Below are positions 1 to 8,172 of a stretch of 13,444 nt of DNA, one piece after another (within the stretch, counting starts at the first letter, position 1; each line of letters opens with the position of its first letter). The notes under the pieces were generated by a model that had not been told where the DNA came from, ran no database searches, and saw only the letters and a program-made list of their open reading frames with translations. Origin of the DNA: Oopsacas minuta (taxonomy: Eukaryota; Animalia; Porifera); the NCBI GenBank assembly GCA_024704765.1, contig JAKMXF010000296.1, positions 269,521 through 282,964 of the forward strand, read 5' to 3'. The translations under genes and the position numbers were made by a program.

Positions 1-2
1 AA

Positions 3-449
3 TGTGTTAACATCGAGGATGTTGCCATTACCAACTTTGAGTTGGATCAATCTAACCTTGATGTGCAACCTCAAAAGAAGGTTAAATATGATCCATTCAG
101 TTGGTTTCAAATCAATGAGACCACGACACCAACAACAACAAATCAAATTACAGACATTGATTTACAATTTAATGAAGAATTGCAAATGTACATTCAAGAA
201 ACGGTTCCGAAACGGGAGAATTTTAATCTCCTTGATTGGTGGAAGCAGAAAAAACTTAGGTTTCCATTATTATCGAAAATTGCCATGAGACTATTGGTAA
301 TTCAGGCATCCTCATCCGAAAGCGAGAGACACTTTAGTGCCTTTAATGCTCGGCATATTGTAACATCTCAAAGGAATGCAATGTTGCCAGAAACTATCGA
401 AGCTGTCTCTGTTGTGTTGGAAGGATATAAAAACAACCTGATTTATTAA
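3..449 (+). CDS. hAT-family transposase, C-terminal part including the dimerization domain (5' end outside the window)
   Basis: The frame is open from base 3 to TAA at 447-449. LLDWWKQKKLRFPLLSKIAMRLLVIQASSSESERHFS matches the hAT C-terminal dimerization motif (W-W...P-L...A...L...ASS...ER-FS), which includes the catalytic Glu. Confidence 0.9.
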   Translation, partial: CVNIEDVAITNFELDQSNLDVQPQKKVKYDPFSWFQINETTTPTTTNQITDIDLQFNEELQMYIQETVPKRENFNLLDWWKQKKLRFPLLSKIAMRLLVIQASSSESERHFSAFNARHIVTSQRNAMLPETIEAVSVVLEGYKNNLIY

Positions 450-501
450 TGTGTTAGACTAAATACTTACATTATACTTGCTCCTAATAATTAAATACAT
501 A

Positions 502-604
502 ATGGGTCAGAAAATAATAAATGGGTCATGACCCATGGGTCAATGGGTCATGGGTCACTACTTCGATGGGTCACATGGGTCATGGGTCACTTCATGTGAC
601 CCAT
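502..604. repeat. hAT subterminal array of 10 ATGGGTCA octamers (8 forward, 2 inverted)
   Basis: Forward copies start at 502, 521, 535, 543, 550, 566, 575 and 582. Inverted copies (TGACCCAT) start at 529 and 597. Confidence 0.9.
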
Positions 605-1094
605 TTGCAGCTCTGCTCCAGGTTCCTGTTACTTACGAAATCTCTTCCCTCGAGGCTCATTTGAGAAATTATAATCGTATTTCATCATACAGAGAATCAT
701 TGAGAACAAATTCTGAAACAAATTCCTAAGAGATTGAACTAATACTATTGTTTTGTTACCCTTAAAATAGAAAAAGCCTTGCGGAGTTCATTTTATGCTA
801 ATTCCTGAAGTTAAATACGCTATAATTAGGTAATTAAAATACAACCATAAGCAAACAAAAGTTTTTGAAGGGTGAAGAAAATTTAAACATTCGTAGTCCG
901 TAGGTACAACAGCAGAAATTGAACTATTTTCGCCAAATGGAGGCAACTTTGAAATACTCAAAATTTTTGAGAAATTTATGGTTTTATAAAATATACACAA
1001 CAAGATTGTCAACTGTTTACATTTTAGTTCTACAGTTAAAGTTTCAAGAAAGGATTGAATAATCGCAAAATATAACAAAGTTAGATATGTAATA

Positions 1095-2210
1095 CAAGGG
1101 CCACTTGTAAAGTTTTGACGTTGACCAACATATCAGATAGTAATCATAAATTTGACTACTACATATTTCAAAATACTCTCCTGACAATCTATGCATTTTT
1201 TCATTCTAGAAAACAAATTATCAAAATATTTTTTCACTCTTCTTTGGGTACGTCTTCGATCGTTTGGAAAAGTGCCCCTCTCCTCATTAGTCGAAATCTC
1301 CCCCCACGTAATTGATCTTTGAGTCTAGCAACCAGAAGTCGCAAGGGGCTAAATCAGGACTATAGGGTGGGTGAAGTAATGTTTTGAGTCCAGAATTTTC
1401 CAAAAACTCACGAGTTCTGAATGCCGTATGCGATGATGCATTATCATGATGAAGAAGAATTCCTCTAATGCCTCTCTTCTCCCACTGTGACTCAATTGCT
1501 GTGATGACTTTGGATAGGCACACTGTAGTTTTACACAACATTTGTTTCCGGAATACAATGCTCTAAACATTTAGCTTCGACAAAAACCCACTAGATCTGA
1601 AAAAATTCGCCCACATTTGTTCCCAAAAGATCTAGCCCTCCGCACTTTGGTTGGAGGTGGAGCATCTTCTTCAACCCACTCCTTTAACATTCGCTTTGTT
1701 TCTGGATCACAATGGTATATTCATGTCTCATCACCTGTAAGGATCTCAGAAACAGCTCTTGGACTTCCATTAGCAAACCTTTTGAGCATAATTCTGCAAA
1801 AAGTATATGCGCGATATTTTTTGCTGTAAGTTCAAAGAATGGAGGATCCATCGGGGACACAACTTCCTGACACAAAGCTCTTTATGCAAAATGATATTAA
1901 TTGTCCAAAATGATAACTCCGTTTCATGCTCTAACGGAGCGTACGTAATGTGAGGATCTTTAGTAATTAGATCTAGTATTTCGTTTAACTTCGCTTTATA
2001 TATTTTAGCTATTTTTATGGAGAAGGATTTATGAATTTCATACCAATTCTTCTTTGTAACTTGACAATAAAAGTCTGTGGTCCTTGCAGACACCATGTTT
2101 TTTACTCATCTTGCAAATTTTATATTTAGAAGTAATCTAGATGATGACCTATAAACAAAGCTTATATTGAAGATTTTTCCATAGAATTTTACAATTTAAT
2201 CATACCCTTG
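1095..2210 (-). mobile_element. Decayed mariner (DD34D) element
   Basis: TA at 1093-1094 precedes the mariner-like terminus CAAGGGCCACTTGTAAAGTTTTG. The other end matches only poorly (TTTACAA...CCCTTG ending at 2210), so that boundary is tentative. Confidence 0.65.
1159..2109 (-). pseudogene. Mariner DD34D transposase pseudogene
   Basis: Motifs occur in the expected order across several frames: HTH2 (LITKDPHITY...ILHKELCVRKL), RWILHSL (the WVPHEL motif), ILTGDET* (W codon mutated to TGA at 1721-1723), HHDNASSH, YSPDLAPCD and KKCIDCQGEYFE. I counted 34 residues between the second and third catalytic Asp. There are multiple frameshifts. The ATG at 2109 (MSKKH) is a tentative start. Confidence 0.92.
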
Positions 2211-2855
2211 ACTATGTTAGATTAATTCGTCGTTCTGATGTTGCCCATGGTATTATCTCCATGTTTATTATGGATAATAAGCTACATTGTTCTACCTTTT
2301 ACAAAAAATTCCGTTTATTATCCACTGAATTAATACAAATTTCTCACAATGGCCAAAATAAGCCATAAATTGCTCGTTGGCCCAAATGTTTTACCGTGTT
2401 AGTTACACAATTTTCGATATTTTACACTACACACATTTCATATTTGAATTTAAAATCAGAAGGTTCTCGAAGTTGGAACATTTTTCAAACGGATTTGTTC
2501 AAACGTTACTTAACGCGTAGTTATCAAGTCTAACAGATTTGAACACAATCTCACTTTGAATTTCCATTCTCAATTTAATTTTTGACGATTAGCATTGTCT
2601 CAGATGACTTCGAGTGATTTAACTTTTGAAGAACATATTCTACTATGCCTGGTGACACATCCAGATCAGATTCAACAGATTCAGCGATTCAGAGGGCTTG
2701 TTTAGTATTTTCTCGCCTCTTGTGCGTCCCTTGAATACCCTATCGCACATATGCTCCCCTTACCTGAAACAACAACTGTGACAGCGGTTAGTCCAACCTC
2801 TCCAGGGATTTCTCAAGCGTTCTTCTCCCTTGAATTGTCTCCCGTAGTAACATCT

Positions 2856-3594
2856 GAACAATCAGCCAAGAGGATTTGGGGACGGCCCCTAGAGAAGAAT
2901 CGTTTGGTTTACTCGGTGTTTGTTGGGGACGGAGATTCAAAGAGCTACCAGCAGCTGATAAAGCTAGATCCATACCCTCTAGTGAAGATACGAAAGAATA
3001 GTGTAAAATACATGTATTCAAGCGTCTGAAGAAGGCCCTAAAGAAGAAAAAACGAGGTACGAAGAATCATTTTATGTACAACACGCACTATCTGAATGGA
3101 AGGCTGACAATATTGCTGCAAGTTATTCTACTATTATCTATCAACATCGTGATTCACATCAACCAAACTATGTACTGGTCCAAAAGTACTAGTTGATCAT
3201 GTGGCTGTTGATCATTCGGGCTGTGATACTAGAGAGAAATCAAGTGCCGGTGGAGAAGCCCATCAAGCTCGTAAGCACCCACTGCTTTGACAACCTTCAC
3301 ACCATTGATATCGAAAAGGTGAAAGGAGAATTCAATGCCTATGCGACAGAAGAATTCTGTAGCAATCTGAAGTTAGGACTGACTCAGAATGCTAATGAAT
3401 CCTTGCACAATACTATCTGGATTCTGTGTCCTAATGGTAAGTACGTATCACTTCAGTCAATTAGGATTAGCACTGCTATCGCTATCCTAACATTCAACGA
3501 AGGGGAACTGTCACAATTGGTATCTTGAACTTGACCTGTCTCCATCTTGGAGGGCTTACAATTCTATCCTGAAAAGAGAATTTTGGTCAGAATA
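2856..3594 (+). pseudogene. GDGDS/CxxH/TQNANE-type DDE transposase pseudogene (Mutator-like or Kolobok-like), part before the nested insertion
   Basis: SAKRIWGRPLEKNRLVYSVFVGDGDSKSY (GDGDS at 2925-2939), then frameshifted CKIHVFKRLKK, then GLTQNANESLHNTIWILCPNGKY...TFNEG (TQNANE at 3382-3399). The N-terminal first-Asp region is not seen. The superfamily assignment comes from remembered motifs and is uncertain. Confidence 0.8.
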
Positions 3595-3712
3595 ACGGGT
3601 GAGCACTAAAAAATTAGACAAATTTCATCTTGTTTGAGCATGTATCAATTATCAACAGAGTATTGTATAATTCGATCATATTTGTTTAATTACATTTTAA
3701 TTTATCTAGAAC

Positions 3713-4117
3713 TCAATTGATCGCTGCTAATGGGCCATTGTCTGCAGATTTTCGGATATTCGTCTTGACACTTGAAAATAGCCTTTGGACAATTGAAAAT
3801 TCCACTTGCCTGATTGATTTCCGAATCCTTTGCTTCAACATTCTGAAGGATTTAGCTTCCCACCCACCTTCATAAACTTTGGATTTCAAATAACCCCAGA
3901 AATCCTCAATTGGCCTTAATTGAGGTGTATTAGGAGGGTTAGCAGATTTTGGAATATATGGGATATTTAGATCTTCAAAAAGTTTAAGCGTATCTTTCGC
4001 ATAATGGCTACTTGCTAGATCAGGCCAGAAGTAATATTTACCCTCATCATGAAACTTTTCTAAGAAAGGAATTAGATGCTTTTTTATGCATTGATTTCGG
4101 TAAATTTCGCCAGTAAT
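3713..4117 (-). CDS. DD37E transposase, C-terminal 134 aa (not in the ORF track)
   Basis: Uninterrupted frame: ITGEIYRNQCIKKHLIPFLEKFHDEGKYYFWPDLASSHYAKDTLKLFEDLNIPYIPKSANPPNTPQLRPIEDFWGYLKSKVY...DNGPLAAIN* (stop at 3713-3715). Asp at 4019-4021 and Glu at 3905-3907 have 37 residues between them. Confidence 0.9.
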   Translation of the reverse strand: MTGEIYRNQCIKKHLIPFLEKFHDEGKYYFWPDLASSHYAKDTLKLFEDLNIPYIPKSANPPNTPQLRPIEDFWGYLKSKVYEGGWEAKSFRMLKQRIRKSIRQVEFSIVQRLFSSVKTNIRKSADNGPLAAIN

Positions 4118-4119
4118 TG

Positions 4120-4811
4120 NNNNNNNNNNNNNNNNNNNNNNNNNNNNNNNNNNNNNNNNNNNNNNNNNNNNNNNNNNNNNNNNNNNNNNNNNNNNNNNNN
4201 NNNNNNNNNNNNNNNNNNNNNNNNNNNNNNNNNNNNNNNNNNNNNNNNNNNNNNNNNNNNNNNNNNNNNNNNNNNNNNNNNNNNNNNNNNNNNNNNNNNN
4301 NNNNNNNNNNNNNNNNNNNNNNNNNNNNNNNNNNNNNNNNNNNNNNNNNNNNNNNNNNNNNNNNNNNNNNNNNNNNNNNNNNNNNNNNNNNNNNNNNNNN
4401 NNNNNNNNNNNNNNNNNNNNNNNNNNNNNNNNNNNNNNNNNNNNNNNNNNNNNNNNNNNNNNNNNNNNNNNNNNNNNNNNNNNNNNNNNNNNNNNNNNNN
4501 NNNNNNNNNNNNNNNNNNNNNNNNNNNNNNNNNNNNNNNNNNNNNNNNNNNNNNNNNNNNNNNNNNNNNNNNNNNNNNNNNNNNNNNNNNNNNNNNNNNN
4601 NNNNNNNNNNNNNNNNNNNNNNNNNNNNNNNNNNNNNNNNNNNNNNNNNNNNNNNNNNNNNNNNNNNNNNNNNNNNNNNNNNNNNNNNNNNNNNNNNNNN
4701 NNNNNNNNNNNNNNNNNNNNNNNNNNNNNNNNNNNNNNNNNNNNNNNNNNNNNNNNNNNNNNNNNNNNNNNNNNNNNNNNNNNNNNNNNNNNNNNNNNNN
4801 NNNNNNNNNNN
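4120..4811. other. Assembly gap (692 N)
   Basis: Directly visible run of N. Confidence 1.
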
Positions 4812-4974
4812 GGGTTCCTCTATTCTTGATAGTAGAAATGATGTTGTAGATAGTAGATCTTGCGATTCCAAACGCCAAAAAATGCTTAACTGTATAAGAA
4901 ATCCCATGCTCATAATTTTCACGAAAAAATTGTCCAATAATGTGTCGCCGTTGTGTCACTTTCAAATGATCCAT
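4812..4974 (-). CDS. DD37E transposase, N-terminal 54 aa (HTH region), running into the gap
   Basis: The ATG at 4974 follows an in-frame TAG. MDHLKVTQRRHIIGQFFRENYEHGISYTVKHFLAFGIARSTIYNIISTIKNRGT contains an HTH-like GIARSTIYNII segment, lies inside the TIRs, and is on the same strand as the C-terminal part. Confidence 0.8.
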
Positions 4975-5129
4975 CTCCAGATGCTATGTTCTAAAATAAT
5001 CAAAAATGGTTTGAATTTGAAATCTATATACAAATAATGCATTGGTGAACAAAGATTTATGAATTTGTAAATATCTCGTTGTTATGGTGAACTATAAAAT
5101 ATGTCTAAAATTTTAGTGCTCACCCGTTA

Positions 5130-5260
5130 TTCCCGCTGTTACCAGAAGAAGTCTAATTTCCAGCGACGAAGAAAAAAGAGCGAGACTATTCACGCAACAG
5201 AGAGAGAACGCCCTATTAAAGCTAGAAGGTGGAATAGGCTACAAAGGCGGACAGTTTTGA
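5130..5260 (+). pseudogene. C-terminal end of the same transposase, after the DD37E insertion
   Basis: Removing 3595-5129 gives a continuous frame, ILKREFWSE-Y-SRCYQKKSNFQRRRKK. After a 1-nt shift in the A-run it reads RARLFTQQRENALLKLEGGIGYKGGQF* (TGA at 5258-5260). An EG...Y..G.F* ending is typical of this family as I recall it. Confidence 0.7.
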
Positions 5261-5291
5261 GCTGAGAACTTTCCAGAGAAGAAGAAAAAGC

Positions 5292-5587
5292 GTGGGCAGG
5301 GCTCGAGGACGAGTGAGATCAACAGGGAGAGAACGTAGTTATGTGAAGAGCAGAACCAGGGAGCCCAGCGTCTCTCCTAACTCCACACAGTCTTCTTCTG
5401 ATTCTTCCAGCAGTTTTGACGAGTCTGATATCATGTGCAGCATATGCCACCAGAGAGAGCCAGTACCTATAGCGAGAGAAGAATGGTATGCTGTGACAAC
5501 TGCAATAATTGGGTTCAATGCTACTGTACTGATCTAGATTTCGAAATTGTCTGTGCTGACTCTTTCACCTGTGGCAAATGTTCCTGA
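5292..5587 (+). pseudogene. Degenerate PHD-finger ORF with a basic and Ser-rich N-terminal part
   Basis: CSIC (from 5436)...EEW, then a 1-nt frameshift near 5487, then CCDNCNNWVQCYC...FTCGKCS* (TGA at 5585-5587). The Cys spacing fits a C4HC3 PHD finger with the His ligand replaced by Gln. Confidence 0.75.
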
Positions 5588-6137
5588 TGCGTGAGTTAAT
5601 TTCTTCGTATTTCTACATATCTTCGGTTTTTATTTTCTGATATACTATGAATATAATTATTGTAAGTGCTGCTGGATTATATTCTATATTTATAAACCTC
5701 TTTCCAAGGTATAACCTGGTGTTAGCAGATGGTTGCAGTAAACTGCTTCCAAAACCCTCCAGGCATTGGATCAATACATCCGACTAGTAAAATTTATTTT
5801 CTATTCAATATTCAGTTAGAGTCTATTCCTATGGTTTGTCTAGTTTCAATATACGTACTTAGCAATAGATATTTGAAAGTTTTTCGTATGTATTTTCTAC
5901 TTTTTGCAAGCGCTATTATTTAATTATTTTCATTTTCTATGTTTCTATTATCGTTTTGCAGGTTAATGCGGGTGTATTTTTTCCTATACATGATTTCAAC
6001 TCTTCTATTTCCATAACTCCTGTTAAATGATGTAGGATAATACAGTAGACTAGACTAGTACGGAATCAGCTTAAGGGTACTGCCATACTAATTTTCGTTT
6101 CTAGGGAGGTAAGTTTATCCAAGTTCTACTGTATCTA

Positions 6138-6480
6138 TCTATACTATTATATCTCATTGTGTGTGTGTGTGTGTGTGTCCTGTTTGTGTTATAATAGGGA
6201 ATACAATCCATGTACGTATATAGAAATTTGAGGGAATAAATATCCTTCTGTTTGTGATATAGAATGTGGCGTAGGTAGGGTGGCACATTTTCGCCACCTA
6301 TTTTACTTTGGCCCAGATGCTTGCTGATCCAATTCGGGGAGTGCAACTATTCTCAAAAATATATATTATATATACCTACATCCGTATTTATCATATGATT
6401 AACCATATTTTCACACCTTTGCCTGATAATTCAAATGACGCTAGAGTATTTGTTACAACGGCCATTACGGGGTAATCCAG
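6138..6480 (+). mobile_element. Short non-autonomous Helitron-like element, copy 1
   Basis: 5' end A|TCTATACTATTATATCTCATT followed by (TG)10; 3' end GGGGTAATCCAG|T, shared with copies 2 and 3. It sits between A and T with no TSD. The interior matches the other copies poorly. Confidence 0.55.
6158..6178. repeat. (TG)10 microsatellite
   Basis: Directly visible, just inside the Helitron-like 5' end. Confidence 0.95.
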
Positions 6481-6949
6481 TACGTTGATTCCAACTACAT
6501 GTTTTTATTTACGTATGTATGGTAAACAATTTAATATAGTCCCGGAAATTTTTTTCAAGAGTTGTACTAGTGTAAACGGATAAGCTATGTACAGAGTGAA
6601 CAACTTTGAATTTGTTTTAGTAAGTTTTTTTCAATTTATTCATAGGGGTAACAAAGTATGGGTCTGGTTTTCATTTCCAAGTTTGTTATATAAATTAGTT
6701 GGATATTAAGAGTATGAGTACTTAATGGGTGAATTTTTGGAGTTCATCCTAACCATAACAAATATGCTTAATAGAATTATCTTCAAATATATCAAATATT
6801 CTACAAATTATAGCTAGTTTAGAAAAAAACAATAAAATTTTATACGAAAGAGCTTTTGGATCGTTGCCTCGCGATGAACTCGGTGCATTGTGGCCCGAGG
6901 TTTCCATTATTATACAAATTGACGGATCCTTTAGTTCGTAGTAGGTAAT

Positions 6950-7036
6950 TCAGAAGTAGTTAATTCGATTGTACCATCAAAACAACATTAAATTTACACG
7001 TGAGAAACTTGAAAATGCGAAATGCGATTAAGCATA
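6950..7036 (-). mobile_element. Partial fourth copy (internal fragment) of the short Helitron-like family
   Basis: TAGTTAA...AAACAACA..TAAATTTAC...CTTGAAAATGCGAAAT..GATT.AGCATA is repeated in the same orientation at about 7101-7170 inside copy 2. Boundaries are approximate. Confidence 0.55.
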
Positions 7037-7353
7037 CTTGATTACCCTTATATAGCTCTTGATAACAAGTCTCTACGATTATTTTTAAGATTTCAATTAT
7101 TAGTTAACTTCATATTCATGAAACAACACAATAAATTTACCTTGAAAATGCGAAATTCGGATTCAGCATATCAGATATAATTAGTCAAGCCTAATTGAAT
7201 TATATTTATTACATGTATAAATACGATTAATACATACTCTTACGACATCTTGGAATTGCGAAAGTAGGATTCAAAAAAGCATACCATAAATCCTTTCCTT
7301 GACATCTGACAAATAGACAGACTGATAAACAATCATTGAAATTTTATAATAGA
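7037..7353 (-). mobile_element. Short non-autonomous Helitron-like element, copy 2
   Basis: On the minus strand, 5' end A|TCTATTATAAAATTTCAATG and 3' end AGGGTAATCAAG|T. It is collinear with copy 3, for example 7283-7303 vs 7491-7511 at 19/21. Confidence 0.7.
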
Positions 7354-7442
7354 TATACACATGATATGACCTCAGGAGGAATATATTCTATATTAGCCAA
7401 TTCCTCTGGTTATTACGTAATTGTCTTCTTATGACTTGTTAA

Positions 7443-7737
7443 TCTATATTATTAAATCTCAATTGTTGTTTGTATGTTTATTTGTCCGTTGTCAAGGAAA
7501 AGATTTACGGTGTGCAAATTTGAAATTGTAGCATAACTATGTATTTATCGTGTTTATCAAGGTAGTAATAAGAATTCAATAAAACCTCACTAAATTTATC
7601 GGACATGTTGAATCTGATTATCACAAATTTGGGTTAATCATATGCAAACTTATTGTTGCTTTTATGAATATATAGCAAACAGATTCTCAAAATCGAGGTA
7701 GAATCATACTTTCAACAACTATACTGGGGTAATCGAG
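7443..7737 (+). mobile_element. Short non-autonomous Helitron-like element, copy 3
   Basis: 5' end A|TCTATATTATTAAATCTCAATTGTTGTTTGTATG and 3' end GGGGTAATCGAG|T. Internal blocks (TATGTATTTATCG, AATTCAAT, TGTTGAATC, ATGAATAT) align with copy 2. Confidence 0.7.
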
Positions 7738-8172
7738 TAAGTTGACTCCGAATATGGCATTGTTTGTTTCTTTGTCAGTTTATATATACATTTATTGTGG
7801 TTTTTATGACTATATAGTGAACACATCATTGAAACCATATCATATTTGTTTAAAGAAGCTCAAAACGGCATAATGGATAATGATTAAGTTTAATTATTGT
7901 CTCTACAAATATTCAACATTCTATTTAGTAAAGGTAGTGTTTCGTGGAAAGTTATTCATCATGTTAATTTTGTTTCAGATGACAGGAGAAATTGTATGTA
8001 GTAACCTAAGTTACTAAATAGAGTCCAACTAATTTTTTAAATTCTATAATTAATGCCAGTAGGCGTAATTAATTAATGCTTAATTAATACTAAATTTATT
8101 ACTATATATGTAACACATGTATCAGACTTTTTATTATACAAATTTCTGTATTGATATTTGGAAAAGATAATT

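Larger units (their letters stand above)
1..615 (+). mobile_element. Right end of a hAT DNA transposon
   Basis: The transposase stop is followed by an ATGGGTCA array ending in GACCCATTTGCAGCTCTG at 615. Its reverse complement, CAGAGCTGCAAATGGGTC, is a hAT-like terminus. The candidate 8-bp TSD is CTCCAGGT (616-623); the left copy is outside the window. Confidence 0.75.
3595..5127 (-). mobile_element. Tc1/mariner-superfamily DD37E (ITmD37E-like) element with 31-bp TIRs and TA TSD
   Basis: The left TIR ACGGGTGAGCACTAAAAAATTAGACAAATTT (3595-3625) matches the reverse complement of 5097-5127 at 28/31 positions. TA flanks both ends (3593-3594 and 5128-5129), and the element contains a DD37E transposase. 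Confidence 0.92.

Noticed and set aside
535-729. 64-aa ORF MGQWVMGH...
   Set aside because: Its start and first half come from the ATGGGTCA repeat array, and it crosses the hAT boundary.
788-1078. 96-aa minus-strand ORF, and a short plus-strand frame GTTAEIELFSPNGG
   Set aside because: There are no recognisable motifs, both strands give short open frames, and I found no phase-compatible splice link to the 637-760 candidate exon.
1115-1829. Plus-strand ORFs 1115-1315, 1349-1570 and 1617-1829
   Set aside because: They are antisense shadows of the mariner transposase.
2110-2855. Possible N-terminal part of the GDGDS transposase, or its left TIR
   Set aside because: I saw no first-Asp motif in any frame and no inverted match to 5590-6070, so the region is left unassigned.
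4047-5037. Four ORFs of 257-306 aa in the track
   Set aside because: They are artefacts of translating the N run. Only the minus-strand segments 4812-4974 and 3713-4117 are supported.
3437-5276. Splice fusion of the transposase to the PHD finger via GTAAGT at 3437
   Set aside because: The donor is phase 1, while the nearby AG acceptors at 5253-5278 are phase 0 or 2 in the PHD frame. The GTAAGT is explained by Gly-Lys-Tyr codons.
6071-6095. TTAA-GGGTACTG as a Kolobok-like left end
   Set aside because: No facing inverted partner was found. The TACCC-TTAA at 757-765 points the wrong way.
6101-6346. 81-aa minus-strand ORF with a THTHT run
   Set aside because: It translates the TG microsatellite and crosses the Helitron-like boundary.
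6840-6905. GC-richer patch resembling MITE internal sequence
   Set aside because: No TIR pair or TSD could be defined.
8068-8088. Hairpin ATTAATTAA-TGC-TTAATTAAT
   Set aside because: It is pure A/T in roughly 20% GC sequence, so it is expected by chance.
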